Assembly (NCBI GenBank): GCA_004431415.1 | Contig: QPMI01000036.1 | Span: 310,001 to 374,000, forward strand | DNA: 64,000 bases | Source: Cyanophora paradoxa CCMP329 | Taxonomy: Eukaryota > Plantae > Glaucophyta | Direction: 5' to 3' | In this document: in pieces, positions 47,701 to 59,724 of the stretch | Position numbering within the stretch: position 1 is the first letter of the stretch | Layout of the letters: every line of letters begins with the position of its first letter | Program-made: the position numbers and the translations under genes | Notes under the pieces: generated by a model | Database searches by the model: none | What the model was told of the DNA's origin: nothing | What the model saw: the letters and a program-made list of their open reading frames with translations, nothing else

Positions 47701-50700
47701 AAGAATGCGCGCACCTCGCGGGCGCTGTCGTACGTCAGTTCCCGTACAGAGAGAGGTACGTGCGCTCGCGCGCTGCCTCTTGGCTCTGTTTCTGCTCCGT
47801 GACGAGTCTCAGTGATTTGAGCGGAGCCGTCTTCAGCGGGATTTAGATCTCTGGATTTGGACAGAGTTTAGCCTAGAGGCTTTTGCCTGCGCGATGCAGG
47901 AGCTGCACTCACCGGGCGTGGCCGCGGTGAGGAGCTAAAGGCGCTGCCCGACAGCAATTTGATCGGGAGGCCAAGACAACGATTCCAGCAGGGAACGAGG
48001 CAGGACTCTGAAAAGCGAGTCAGCAGTGTCGGAAAAGAAGGAAAGAAGCCCGAACCGCGGCGGTGGGCGAACGATTGACGTGGAGGGGCTTGCCGCCGCC
48101 CAGGGCGTTGTCGATAGGCGGGGCATTTCGCATCGTTCTGTGCGGTCGTAAGACTTGAGCGACGGCGCGGGCGGCGAGGTGTCGGCGTCTGGGCGCACGG
48201 AAGCGAAGTTCAAACGCGGCGAATGTGCTTTTTGCAGCAGGGTACGTGACTTTTATAGGACCCGGGGGAGGAGACCCCAGGGGGGTACGCTGTTATGCGT
48301 GTTGCAATTTGGACCTTGCAAGTTGGGTACATGATTGTATTTTTAAAAAAACAAACAACGCCGAGAAGGCTATTCTTTCGCGCGAGAAAGAGACAGCCGA
48401 GGCGCTGCGCGCGCGGCGGGGGGCGGCCGCGCGCGCTGCGCCGAGGCTGTGACCCACCACTAACCCAGCGGAGATTTCCGCTCGGCCGCGGCCTGCGAGA
48501 TTCTCAGTACCAGAGGTAAGGCACGGAAATGAACGGGTTGCGTACGCGTTCAAGCGGAGCTGGAGGCTCCGTCCGATTAGCCCGACCTGCTGGCGACTGA
48601 GTGAGTAGTCGCAGCAGGCCGTGGCCGCCTTCGTATTTTCGAAGAATGCGGCAAGAATGCGGCTAGCGCTGACGCAATGTCTAGATCTGTTACAGGGTTT
48701 GGAAGGCGTGCACGGGAGGGCGAACCCAGGGCGAAGGGTGGCGCCGAGCACTGTTGGAATGGGCAGATCCGATGTGCATCAGATCAAGGGCCGACGCCAG
48801 GACGGCAAAGAGAAGAGTAAAGCTCTGAAGATGAAGAGAGCGTGCAGGAGCATGCAAGTGCGCATGCAAGAAGTGAGCCGACTCGGAGATTGACTCGGAG
48901 TGAGCTGAAGCGAGGTGCACCGCGGAGGTGGAGAGAGAGACAAGGAGAAGCAAGATGAAAGGAATGTGCTCGTGCGGGGATGAGCTTCAGCTCGGGTGCT
49001 GCGCCACTCGGGAATCAGTTGGCGAGCGTCGAACGCGCGTCTGGAGGCGCGTACCTGGTAAGCGAGCATATAGCTGCTGTTCTGCGGGCAGAGAAAGATC
49101 AGGAATCTAGCTCGGGAAGAGCAGAGCGCAGAGCACGCACGCGCTACTGGAATGAGCCGGTCCGATGCGCATCAGATCGAGGGCCGACGCCAGGACGGCA
49201 AAGAGAAGAGTAAAGCTCTGTAGATGAAGAGAGCGTGGCCTGCAGGAGCATGCAAGTGCGCATGTAAGAAGTGAGCCGACTCAGAGATTGACTCGGAGTG
49301 AGCTGAAGCGAGGTGCACCGCGGAGGCGGAGAGAGAAACAAGGAGAAGCCATCCAAAAAGGAAGATGAAAGGAATGTGCTCGTGTGGGGGATGAGCTTCA
49401 GCTCGGGTGCTGCGCCACTCGGGAATCAGTTGGCGAGCGTCGAACGCGCGTCTGGAGGCGCGTACCTGGTAAGCGAGCATATAGCTGCTGTTCTGCGGGC
49501 AGAGAAAGATCAGGAATCTAGCTCGGGAAGAGCAAGAGCGCAGAGCACGCACGTGCTGGGCGGGCGTAAGAGCCACGAGCTGCAGCTGCAAGAACCCCGT
49601 CATGGACGCTTCTGCGAGGAGGAGCAGATTCTGAGCTTAGAGAGAGACCGACGGTCAGCAAGATCGCAGCGTACGATCCCAGGATCGCGGCGCCGATGCA
49701 GGGCGTGGAGGTCAATCGTTAGAGCCGCGCCGTTCTGGACGCTTCTGCGGCGCGGAGCAGCGGCAGTCCTTAAGACCTCGGAAAGATCGCAGTTTTAGAA
49801 GCACGCACGCACGATTCGAGGATCGCGGGCGCTGCCGGACACGCTGTGTCCTTGGTGTTGGCGCGCGGAGGGCGCCCTGCTTTGCTGCATTTGATGGAGC
49901 TGCTCAAAGGACAGCTGCAGGCCGGTTAGAACGTGAAGTTTCGGGCGAGGGCGGGCAGGCACACGATGAACGTGGCTGACGCGGCGGTGGAGGCCGATCC
50001 TGCTTGAGCTTCGCGGCTGATGCCGGGGGAGATGTTATCGTTGGAGCTTGCAGATGAGCATGGGCAAGTGATCATGAGCTGGCAGGACGATGCGCCGCCA
50101 CCAGTCGATGTAATGGTTGGGAAGCGCGAGAGCGCAGAGTTGAGGTTGAAGCGGCTTTGTTTTGAATAGATTGCTCGTCACGGAAGTTCAGAATCGAAGA
50201 GCCAGAGGCTGAACGCGGTAAAGATTAGATTGAGGTGCAGAATCGACCGAGGACGAAGTCCACGGGAATGGAACGGAAGAACACCTTATTCGACCGAAGA
50301 CGAAGTCTTCGGGACGCCTACGCGCGTGGACAGTGCCACCGGAGATGTCGAGGAGAGCTCATCGCCTGAGGGTAGTCCCTGCCCGTCAGGCTCGCAGTCG
50401 CTCGTCTCATGTATGGCGCGCGGTAGGATAGAAGCGAGGGATTTAGATCCCTCGCGGGTGTGGCGGAGGCGCTAGGCGTGCTTCCGTTCAAGAAGCGGCG
50501 GCGTCCCCCGTTCTCGAGGCGCAGAAGAATGCGCGCACCTCGCGGGCGCTGTCGTACGTCAGTTCCCGTACAGAGAGAGGTACGTGCGCTCGCGCGCTGC
50601 CTCTTGGCTCTGTTTCTGCTCCGTGACGAGTCTCAGTGATTTGAGCGGAGCCGTCTTCAGCGGGATTTAGATCTCTGGATTTGGACAGAGTTTAGCCTAG

Positions 50701-53700
50701 AGGCTTTTGCCTGCGCGATGCAGGAGCTGCACTCACCGGGCGTGGCCGCGGTGAGGAGCTAAAGGCGCTGCCCGACAGCAATTTGATCGGGAGGCCAAGA
50801 CAACGATTCCAGCAGGGAACGAGGCAGGACTCTGAAAAGCGAGTCAGCAGTGTCGGAAAAGAAGGAAAGAAGCCCGAACCGCGGCGGTGGGCGAACGATT
50901 GACGTGGAGGGGCTTGCCGCCGCCCAGGGCGTTGTCGATAGGCGGGCATTTCGCATCGTTCTGTGCGGTCGTAAGACTTGAGCGACGGCGCGGGCGGCGA
51001 GGTGTCGGCGTCTGGGCGCACGGAAGCGAAGTTCAAACGCGGCGAATGTGCTTTTTGCAGCAGGGTACGTGACTTTTATAGGACCCGGGGAGGAGACCCC
51101 AGGGGGTACGCTGTTATGCGTGTTGCAATTTGGACCTTGCAAGTTGGGTACATGATTGTATTTTTAAAAAAACAAACAACGCCGAGAAGGCTATTCTTTC
51201 GCGCGAGAAAGAGACAGCCGAGGCGCTGCGCGCGCGGCGGGGGGCGGCCGCGCGCGCTGCGCCGAGGCTGTGACCCACCACTAACCCAGCGGAGATTTCC
51301 GCTCGGCCGCGGCCTGCGAGATTCTCAGTACCAGAGGTAAGGCACGGAAATGAACGGGTTGCGTACGCGTTCAAGCGGAGCTGGAGGCTCCGTCCGATTA
51401 GCCCGACCTGCTGGCGACTGAGTGAGTAGTCGCAGCAGGCCGTGGCCGCCTTCGTATTTTCGAAGAATGCGGCAAGAATGCGGCTAGCGCTGACGCAATG
51501 TCTAGATCTGTTACAGGGTTTGGAAGGCGTGCACGGGGAGGGCGAACCAGGGCGAAGGGTGGCGCCGAGCACTGTTGGAATGGGCAGATCCGATGTGCAT
51601 CAGATCAAGGGCCGACGCCAGGACGGCAAAGAGAAGAGTAAAGCTCTGAAGATGAAGAGAGCGTGCAGGAGCATGCAAGTGCGCATGCAAGAAGTGAGCC
51701 GACTCGGAGATTGACTCGGAGTGAGCTGAAGCGAGGTGCACCGCGGAGGTGGAGAGAGAGACAAGGAGAAGCAAGATGAAAGGAATGTGCTCGTGCGGGG
51801 GATGAGCTTCAGCTCGGGTGCTGCGCCACTCGGGAATCAGTTGGCGAGCGTCGAACGCGCGTCTGGAGGCGCGTACCTGGTAAGCGAGCATATAGCTGCT
51901 GTTCTGCGGGCAGAGAAAGATCAGGAATCTAGCTCGGGAAGAGCAAGAGCGCAGAGCACGCACGCGCTACTGGAATGAGCCGGTCCGATGCGCATCAGAT
52001 CGAGGGCCGACGCCAGGACGGCAAAGAGAAGAGTAAAGCTCTGTAGATGAAGAGAGCGTGGCCTGCAGGAGCATGCAAGTGCGCATGTAAGAAGTGAGCC
52101 GACTCAGAGATTGACTCGGAGTGAGCTGAAGCGAGGTGCACCGCGGAGGCGGAGAGAGAAACAAGGAGAAGCCATCCAAAAAGGAAGATGAAAGGAATGT
52201 GCTCGTGTGGGGGATGAGCTTCAGCTCGGGTGCTGCGCCACTCGGGAATCAGTTGGCGAGCGTCGAACGCGCGTCTGGAGGCGCGTACCTGGTAAGCGAG
52301 CATATAGCTGCTGTTCTGCGGGCAGAGAAAGATCAGGAATCTAGCTCGGGAAGAGCAAGAGCGCAGAGCACGCACGTGCTGGGCGGGCGTAAGAGCCACG
52401 AGCTGCAGCTGCAAGAACCCCGTCATGGACGCTTCTGCGAGGAGGAGCAGATTCTGAGCTTAGAGAGAGACCGACGGTCAGCAAGATCGCAGCGTACGAT
52501 CCCAGGATCGCGGCGCCGATGCAGGGCGTGGAGGTCAATCGTTAGAGCCGCGCCGTTCTGGACGCTTCTGCGGCGCGGAGCAGCGGCAGTCCTTAAGACC
52601 TCGGAAAGATCGCAGTTTTAGAAGCACGCACGCACGATTCGAGGATCGCGGGCGCTGCCGGACACGCTGTGTCCTTGGTGTTGGCGCGCGGAGGGCGCCC
52701 TGCTTTGCTGCATTTGATGGAGCTGCTCAAAGGACAGCTGCAGGCCGGTTAGAACGTGAAGTTTCGGGCGAGGGCGGGCAGGCACACGATGAACGTGGCT
52801 GACGCGGCGGTGGAGGCCGATCCTGCTTGAGCTTCGCGGCTGATGCCGGGGGAGATGTTATCGTTGGAGCTTGCAGATGAGCATGGGCAAGTGATCATGA
52901 GCTGGCAGGACGATGCGCCGCCACCAGTCGATGTAATGGTTGGGAAGCGCGAGAGCGCAGAGTTGAGGTTGAAGCGGCTTTGTTTTGAATAGATTGCTCG
53001 TCACGGAAGTTCAGAATCGAAGAGCCAGAGGCTGAACGCGGTAAAGATTAGATTGAGGTGCAGAATCGACCGAGGACGAAGTCCACGGGAATGGAACGGA
53101 AGAACACCTTATTCGACCGAAGACGAAGTCTTCGGGACGCCTACGCGCGTGGACAGTGCCACCGGAGATGTCGAGGAGAGCTCATCGCCTGAGGGTAGTC
53201 CCTGCCCGTCAGGCTCGCAGTCGCTCGTCTCATGTATGGCGCGCGGTAGGATAGAAGCGAGGATTTAGATCCTCGCGGGTGTGGCGGAGGCGCTAGGCGT
53301 GCTTCCGTTCAAGAAGCGGCGGCGTCCCCGTTCTCGAGGCGCAGAAGAATGCGCGCACCTCGCGGGCGCTGTCGTACGTCAGTTCCCGTACAGAGAGAGG
53401 TACGTGCGCTCGCGCGCTGCCTCTTGGCTCTGTTTCTGCTCCGTGACGAGTCTCAGTGATTTGAGCGGAGCCGTCTTCAGCGGGATTTAGATCTCTGGAT
53501 TTGGACAGAGTTTAGCCTAGAGGCTTTTGCCTGCGCGATGCAGGAGCTGCACTCACCGGGCGTGGCCGCGGTGAGGAGCTAAAGGCGCTGCCGACAGCAA
53601 TTTGATCGGGAGGCCAAGACAACGATTCCAGCAGGGAACGAGGCAGGACTCTGAAAAGCGAGTCAGCAGTGTCGGAAAAGAAGGAAAGAAGCCCGAACCG

Positions 53701-56700
53701 CGGCGGTGGGCGAACGATTGACGTGGAGGGGCTTGCCGCCGCCAGGGCGTTGTCGATAGGCGGGGCATTTCGCATCGTTCTGTGCGGTCGTAAGACTTGA
53801 GCGACGGCGCGGGCGGCGAGGTGTCGGCGTCTGGGCGCACGGAAGCGAAGTTCAAACGCGGCGAATGTGCTTTTGCAGCAGGGTACGTGACTTTTATAGG
53901 ACCCGGGGAGGAGACCCCAGGGGGTACGCTGTTATGCGTGTTGCAATTTGGACCTTGCAAGTTGGGTACATGATTGTATTTTAAAAAAACAAACAACGCC
54001 GAGAAGGCTATTCTTTCGCGCGAGAAAGAGACAGCCGAGGCGCTGCGCGCGCGGCGGGGGCGGCCGCGCGCGCTGCGCCGAGGCTGTGACCCACCACTAA
54101 CCCAGCGGAGATTTCCGCTCGGCCGCGGCCTGCGAGATTCTCAGTACCAGAGGTAAGGCACGGAAATGAACGGGTTGCGTACGCGTTCAAGCGGAGCTGG
54201 AGGCTCCGTCCGATTAGCCCGACCTGCTGGCGACTGAGTGAGTAGTCGCAGCAGGCCGTGGCCGCCTTCGTATTTTCGAAGAATGCGGCAAGAATGCGGC
54301 TAGCGCTGACGCAATGTCTAGATCTGTTACAGGGTTTGGAAGGCGTGCACGGGGAGGGCGAACCCAGGGCGAAGGGTGGCGCCGAGCACTGTTGGAATGG
54401 GCAGATCCGATGTGCATCAGATCAAGGGCCGACGCCAGGACGGCAAAGAGAAGAGTAAAGCTCTGAAGATGAAGAGAGCGTGCAGGAGCATGCAAGTGCG
54501 CATGCAAGAAGTGAGCCGACTTCCTCCCATGAGATGCTCCCCAGCGGGCACTGCCGGTTCCAGTGGGCGCTGGGGCGGCCGGCTCGCCCGCCAGCACGCC
54601 CGGGGGCGGACCTCGAGGCAGCGGCCGTCGGACTCGTAGAAGCCGGGGCGGCACGGCTCGCAGACGGTGCGGTCGTCGCGGGAGACGGTGCCGGGCTCGC
54701 AGAGCGCGCAGGCGGCCCAGCCGGGCGAGGGCGCCACGAACTTGAACTCGCACGGGGCGCACGCCGCGTCCCCGCCCGCGGAACGTGCCCTGCGACCGCG
54801 TGGGAAACGTCGGCCGCGAGCGGCGGAGCGGCAGCCGCCGGCGGGGTCGCGCACGCGGGGGCATGCGGTGCAGGACTTGCGGTCGATAGACGCGACCGAG
54901 CCGGCCTGAGAGAGGGCGGGTTAGATAGTTAGATGGGGCAGGGGTGGGAGGGAGGGTAGGGGGCGCACGGGGCAGGCGCCGCAGGCGACGCTGGCGTCCG
55001 TCCCCGAGACGGATCCGAGGGGGCACTGCGCGCAAGGGCGATGAGAGTGAGCTCCAGAGCGGAGCGGCCCTGCCAGCCTTCGTTGTCTTTGCTCTAGACC
55101 TTAATCCGCTTCCGCGCCCGCGCGCCCGCCCCCCCGAGGGCGAACCTCGAGGCAGCGGCCGTCGGACTCGTAGAAGCCGGGGCGGCACGGCTCGCAGACG
55201 GTGCGGTCGTCCCGGGCGTAGTAGCCGGGGCTGCAAGGCGTACAGCTCGGCGAGCCCTGCAGCGAGACGGCTGCGGCGAGCGGGCGGGAGCGTGGTCAGA
55301 GGGCGGCGACACCGCCGATGCGGCAGAAAGTGCACTTTTCCATGGGCAGATCTGCGCCCCGTGGCGGGCGGGATCAGCGAGGGCATCAGAGGGGAGATTG
55401 TGAGATTGTACAGTGGCACGCACGTCGCAGTCGGTCATGTTTTCGTTGCGGTAGCGCCCGGCGGGGCACGCGAGGCAGAACTGCTTCGTGATCGTCGCCA
55501 CCGATCCCTGCGCGCGCGCCGCCGCGCCGGAGAGCTCAGCGCAGGCACACCGGCTTGGAGGCAGGGATGCTGCCGCATCGCCCGCGCTCTCTCTCGCAGC
55601 TTCGCTTAGCGCAGAGGGGCGGACCTGGTCGCAGGGGAGGCACGCGGTGGCGCCCGCGGCGGCCGTGTACGTGTTCCCCTCGCACCTCTGCGGCGGCGCT
55701 CGAGAGGGGGGGGGGGTCGGCAGGGGGTACAGCGACACGCGCCTTGCAGACGAAGCCGTCCTGGTACTCCCCCGCGGGGCACTTTACGCAGCTGGAGCGG
55801 TCCGACGCGACGATCTCCCCGGGAAGGCAGGCGACCGGCTCCGACGCGTCCAGCGTCGCTATGAACCCGGGGGGTGCAAGCTGGCAGGACGTGTCGTTCA
55901 TCCGCCGGAAGTAGCCCTGCGGGTACGGTGTCAGGGAGTACGCTCGAATTGATGAAAGGCAGGAAGACGGACCGTGGGGCACTGCAGGCAGACGAGGCCG
56001 CCCGTGCTGTAGTAGTTCGCGCTGCAGGGGGTACACGACGTCGCCTTCCGCCCCGAGACCGAGTTCGCCTGCGGGGATCTCGTCTGGCCCTGGGCCCGGC
56101 GCCCCGTCGCCACCGCGGATCGGGGCACATACCGGGCACGGAAGGCACTCGTCGCCGTCCTGGTAGTCCCCTGCGCCCCCGCGGGCTCGTCCCCGCACTC
56201 CCCGGGTGGGGGGTGGGGGCTGGAGGGGGTGCGGCGGACCCTCGCGGCACTCGACGCAGACGGAGGCGGAGGCGGAGGGGACCGTCCCCGCGGCGCACGT
56301 CGTGTACGAGGCCGAGCCGGCCGCCGCCGCCGACCGCGCCGGTACAGCCTCGCAGGTCTGCGGGAGAGGGGGCGAGGGGAAGTTGGGGAAGGGAGCGGAG
56401 CGTCCAGGGGGGTCCCGCTGCACCGTCATGGAGGAGCTGCGGTAGGTTCCGCTGGGGCACGGCTCGCACGTCTGCCCGTCCCCGCGGGATACCGTACCCT
56501 GCGAGGCGATCAGGGACGAAGGTGCGAACGAAGGGAGGGGGTAGAGGGGCGCGCGTCGCCGCAGGGGAGGCAGGAGGTGGCTCCCTCGACGGACGAGAAC
56601 GTGTTCAGAGGGCAGAGCGTGCATTGCCCGCCCGACTCGAACGTCCCTGTGGGGGGTACGCGTTCGAATCCGGATCCGGGAACGGGCTCGCGAGCGTCTG

Positions 56701-58521
56701 CGGACGGACCCTTGGGGCACTTGACGCATCCGCCGCTGGTGCCGATCTCGCCGGCCGCGCAGGGCATGCAGCCCAGCGTGGCGTCCAGGAAGGTGCCGGA
56801 GGGGCACGACTCGCACAGCGTCTTGTCCGCGTTGGGGAACATGCTCTGAGCGGGGCGTGAGAGGCGCGGAGGGCGAAGAGGGCGGGGGGCGGGGCGGGCC
56901 TGGCTGCACGCGACGCAGGAAGTCGAGCCGGGGTACGATATGGAGGTGGCGGAGCAGGTCACGCAGCTCTCGCCGCTCTGGTAAGTCCCCTGCGGCCCGT
57001 CCTGGCGCGTCGGCGGGCTGGCGGGCGGATGCAGAGGGAGACTGGGGCGCTCAGGGGGGAGCGCACCGCGGGGCAGAGAGTGCAGCTCGTCCGGGTCGCG
57101 GTCGGCACGGTACCCTGGGTCCGGGGGCCGCGTCGGGGCGCGGCCGCGCCGGCGGGGCTACGCGACGCACGCTGGTGCACGTGTGGCACTTCCCGGAGCC
57201 GAGGACGCTGTACCCCGACGTGCAGGGTTTGCACGTGCCCGTGGTCGAATCCGCGTACGTGCCCTGGCCGCCGCTTGTGAGGAAGGCGGGGTACGCGTCC
57301 CGTCGGAGGAAGGGCGCGGGCGCACGGCCGGGCAGATCTCGCAGTAGCACTTGTCGGCGTTGGGCACGGAGCCCGCGGGGCACGTGTTGCACGCGGTGGC
57401 GCCGGCCCCGGCGACCTCCCCCGCCGCGCAGGGGAGGCACATCGCCCCGCTCTGGTACGTGCCCTGCGCGGAGGGGCGTTCGCGGCGGACGGGTACCGCG
57501 TCCTCGCCCGCCCGCGGAACGCGTACCGGCGGGCAGACGTCGCACATGGACTTGTCCGTGTTCGGCACGCTCCCCTGCGCGCACACCGTGGCGTCAGCGG
57601 CGGAGGCGTGCGAAGCGTTCGGGCCCCGCCCCGCGCACCGCGCCGCATGTTTTACATGAATCCGATCCGGCTCCGCTGACCTGCCTGCCCATGCACGCCG
57701 AGCAGGTCGCCACTCCGCCCGCGGAGTACGTGCCCTGCAGGGCGTGGAATGGGCGCGAGGGTTTGACGGGGCGATGGGGCGCAGTTCCCGGGCGGCGCAC
57801 CGCCTGACAAGGCTCGCACAGGGACTTGTCGCCGTTCGGGATCGTCCCCTGCGCGGCCGACCCGCCGTCGGCGGAGCCGAGGCGTAGGAGACGTTCGGAC
57901 AATGCCCCACGCACCGCGCTGCATGCTTTACAGGCGCCCGCTCCGGCTCCGCTGACCTGCCCAGCCGTGCACGCAGAGCAGGTCGCCACGCCACCGACGG
58001 AGTACTTGCCCTGCAGTGCGCGGAAGCGCCGCGCGGGTCATCGGAGCGACGGGCCGCAGTTCCCGGGAGGCGCACCGCCGAACAGGGCTCGCAAAGGGAC
58101 TGCGCGACGTTCGGGATCGTTCCCTGCGGCCACGGCCTCAACGAGCAGCACGAAGGCGAGACCCGTGCGGCGTACCGCGGGGCACGCATGGCAGGCGGCT
58201 GCTCCGGGCCCGCTGACCTCCCCGGCGGCACATGCCGTGCAGCTGTTCGCGGAGCCGTCTGCTGAGAACGTCCCCTGCGTGCGAGGATCGAGCGTTGAGC
58301 GCCGAGCTCGAGGGCAATGCGAAGCAAGTGAGGCGGCGGTGCGGATCCAAGCTCACCGCCGGACAGTTATCGCATGCGTCGAGAAGACTTCCGGTGGCCG
58401 GCTCTTGGCCCACCGGGCAGTTGGCAGCACTGACGCCAGCGACGACGGCTAAGAGGAGGACGAGACCGAGCGCGTGCGCGCCCAGCTGCAGCCGTCGCGT
58501 CGAGCTCGGAATCGATATCAT
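44733..58521 (-). CDS. Large secreted Cys-rich repeat protein (GCC2/GCC3, ephrin-receptor-like CxxCxxG repeats), interrupted by an insertion and partial duplication
   Basis: Signal peptide ALGLVLLLAVVAGVSA. Dozens of CxxCPxGTY/F repeats on short exons. Unique C-terminal domain ending ...RRPQPSAA* at 44733. Confidence 0.85.
46536..47548. repeat. Left copy of a ~1.01-kb direct duplication of host-gene exons and introns
   Basis: Near-identical to 54520-55529. Confidence 0.95.
47549..54521. mobile_element. Head-to-tail array of a ~2.82-kb lower-GC unit (2 full copies plus ~0.45 copy); unclassified, apparently non-autonomous
   Basis: GTAGGATAGAAGCGAGG recurs at 47599, 50423 and 53246 (periods 2824 and 2823). 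Copies differ mainly in homopolymer lengths. A 51-bp duplication sits at the left end. No RT or transposase motifs seen. Confidence 0.8.
48755..49553. repeat. Internal ~390-400-bp diverged direct repeat within the 2.8-kb unit (also about 51576-52376)
   Basis: TGGAATG..CCGAT..GCATCAGATC..GGGCCGACGCCAGGACGGCAAAGAGAAGAGTAAAGCTCTG occurs at ~48755 and ~49148. Confidence 0.92.
54520..55529. repeat. Right copy of the ~1.01-kb direct duplication
   Basis: Near-identical to 46536-47548. Confidence 0.95.
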
Positions 58522-59129
58522 CGCGCTTCGACTCGCGGGCGATATGGTCCCCCCCGCGGCGGTGACTCTACCCCGGCGGCGTGCAGCATGAATCGCAAAT
58601 TGGAAACGGGGTAGGGCCCCCGTTTTCGGTAACTTGCAAAATGACGAGTCTGCTCATCTCCCGATCCAGCTCCGAGCTTTTAACAGAGTGTTAGTGCATG
58701 CATGAGAGCCCGGAATTCGTTGTCAGAACCCGGAAAGAGCGGAATGCGGCGCGGAAAAAAGGACCGGACCCTTTCCTGGACTATCCCTTGCAGCGCCTGA
58801 TCCTGTGGTCGTATAGGGGCCGGACTAAGTGCATAAGAAAGCTCTTGCAATGCTCGGCAGAGCTTGTCATACATGCCAGTGCTTGGGAAGCAGCGCGTGG
58901 CGCGCTAGGCCGCATCAAGTACCTGCTGTACCGAACGCGGAAAAAAAGAGCTCCTGCGAGTTTCGGCCTATCGAGTTGCAGTACCCGTGCATTAAGCCGG
59001 CGAGCTAGCGGACAGGCTCGCTAGCTGGCCAGCGTAGCTAGGTGAGCTCCGGCGGCCGCCCCGGGCCAGCTGCAGGCTGCAGGCCGGCGCCGGCGCGCGC
59101 CCGCGGCCGGTCAGTGCGGTCGACGTCAT

Positions 59130-59495
59130 GCATATGCTACTCGCCGCTGAGCCACTGTGACAGGCTACATGTACACTGCGGCATGCGCACATGCATAACA
59201 TTGCATATGCGCATGCGCTATCCTATAGTGTGCACGCGCCGGCGCGCGGCAGCCGCATGCCGCAGTGCGCCGCGGCCGCGGCGGGGCCGGCGCATGCATG
59301 AGGTGAGCTCCGGATCCGCATGCACATTGCGGCATGCGCATGCGCAGCTGCGCATGCCGATGGCGAGCTCGAGCTGATGCGCGCGCGCGCGCATGCGCAG
59401 CTGCAGCTGCCGCAGTGCCGCAGTGCGCATGCAATGCCATGCATGCGCAGCTGCCGATGGCGAGCTAGCGCTCGCCGAGTCGACTCGGCGAGCAC
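59130..59495. repeat. Purine-pyrimidine alternating (GCAT/TGCA/GCGC) low-complexity palindromic tract
   Basis: Dense CATG/TGCA/GCGC. Perfect palindromes at 59338-59357, 59377-59394 and 59470-59493. Confidence 0.85.
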
Positions 59496-59724
59496 CCATG
59501 CAGCTAGCCGACCTACCCCGTTTCCAACCGGCGGCCGGCCCAGTCAGAGGCTCAGAGCCCGAGCAGAGGCCGCCGCGTGCTAGTTTAATGCAGCTAGTCC
59601 AGCAGCATGCGCAAGTCCAGCCTGTCCAGCTAGTCCAAAGAGACTCAGCTAGTCCTGCCATGCGAATGCATACGAACGCGTATACGAACACGCGCGCGCG
59701 GCCGCGACCGCGGCCCGACGGGCC

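Noticed and set aside
47549-54521. Classification as a canonical Helitron, LTR retrotransposon or rDNA/snRNA array
   Set aside because: The hairpin+CTAG is not followed by a TC start and is not at the element's 3' end. No Rep/helicase, RT, integrase or TIR was seen, and no recognisable rRNA or snRNA sequence. Left unclassified.
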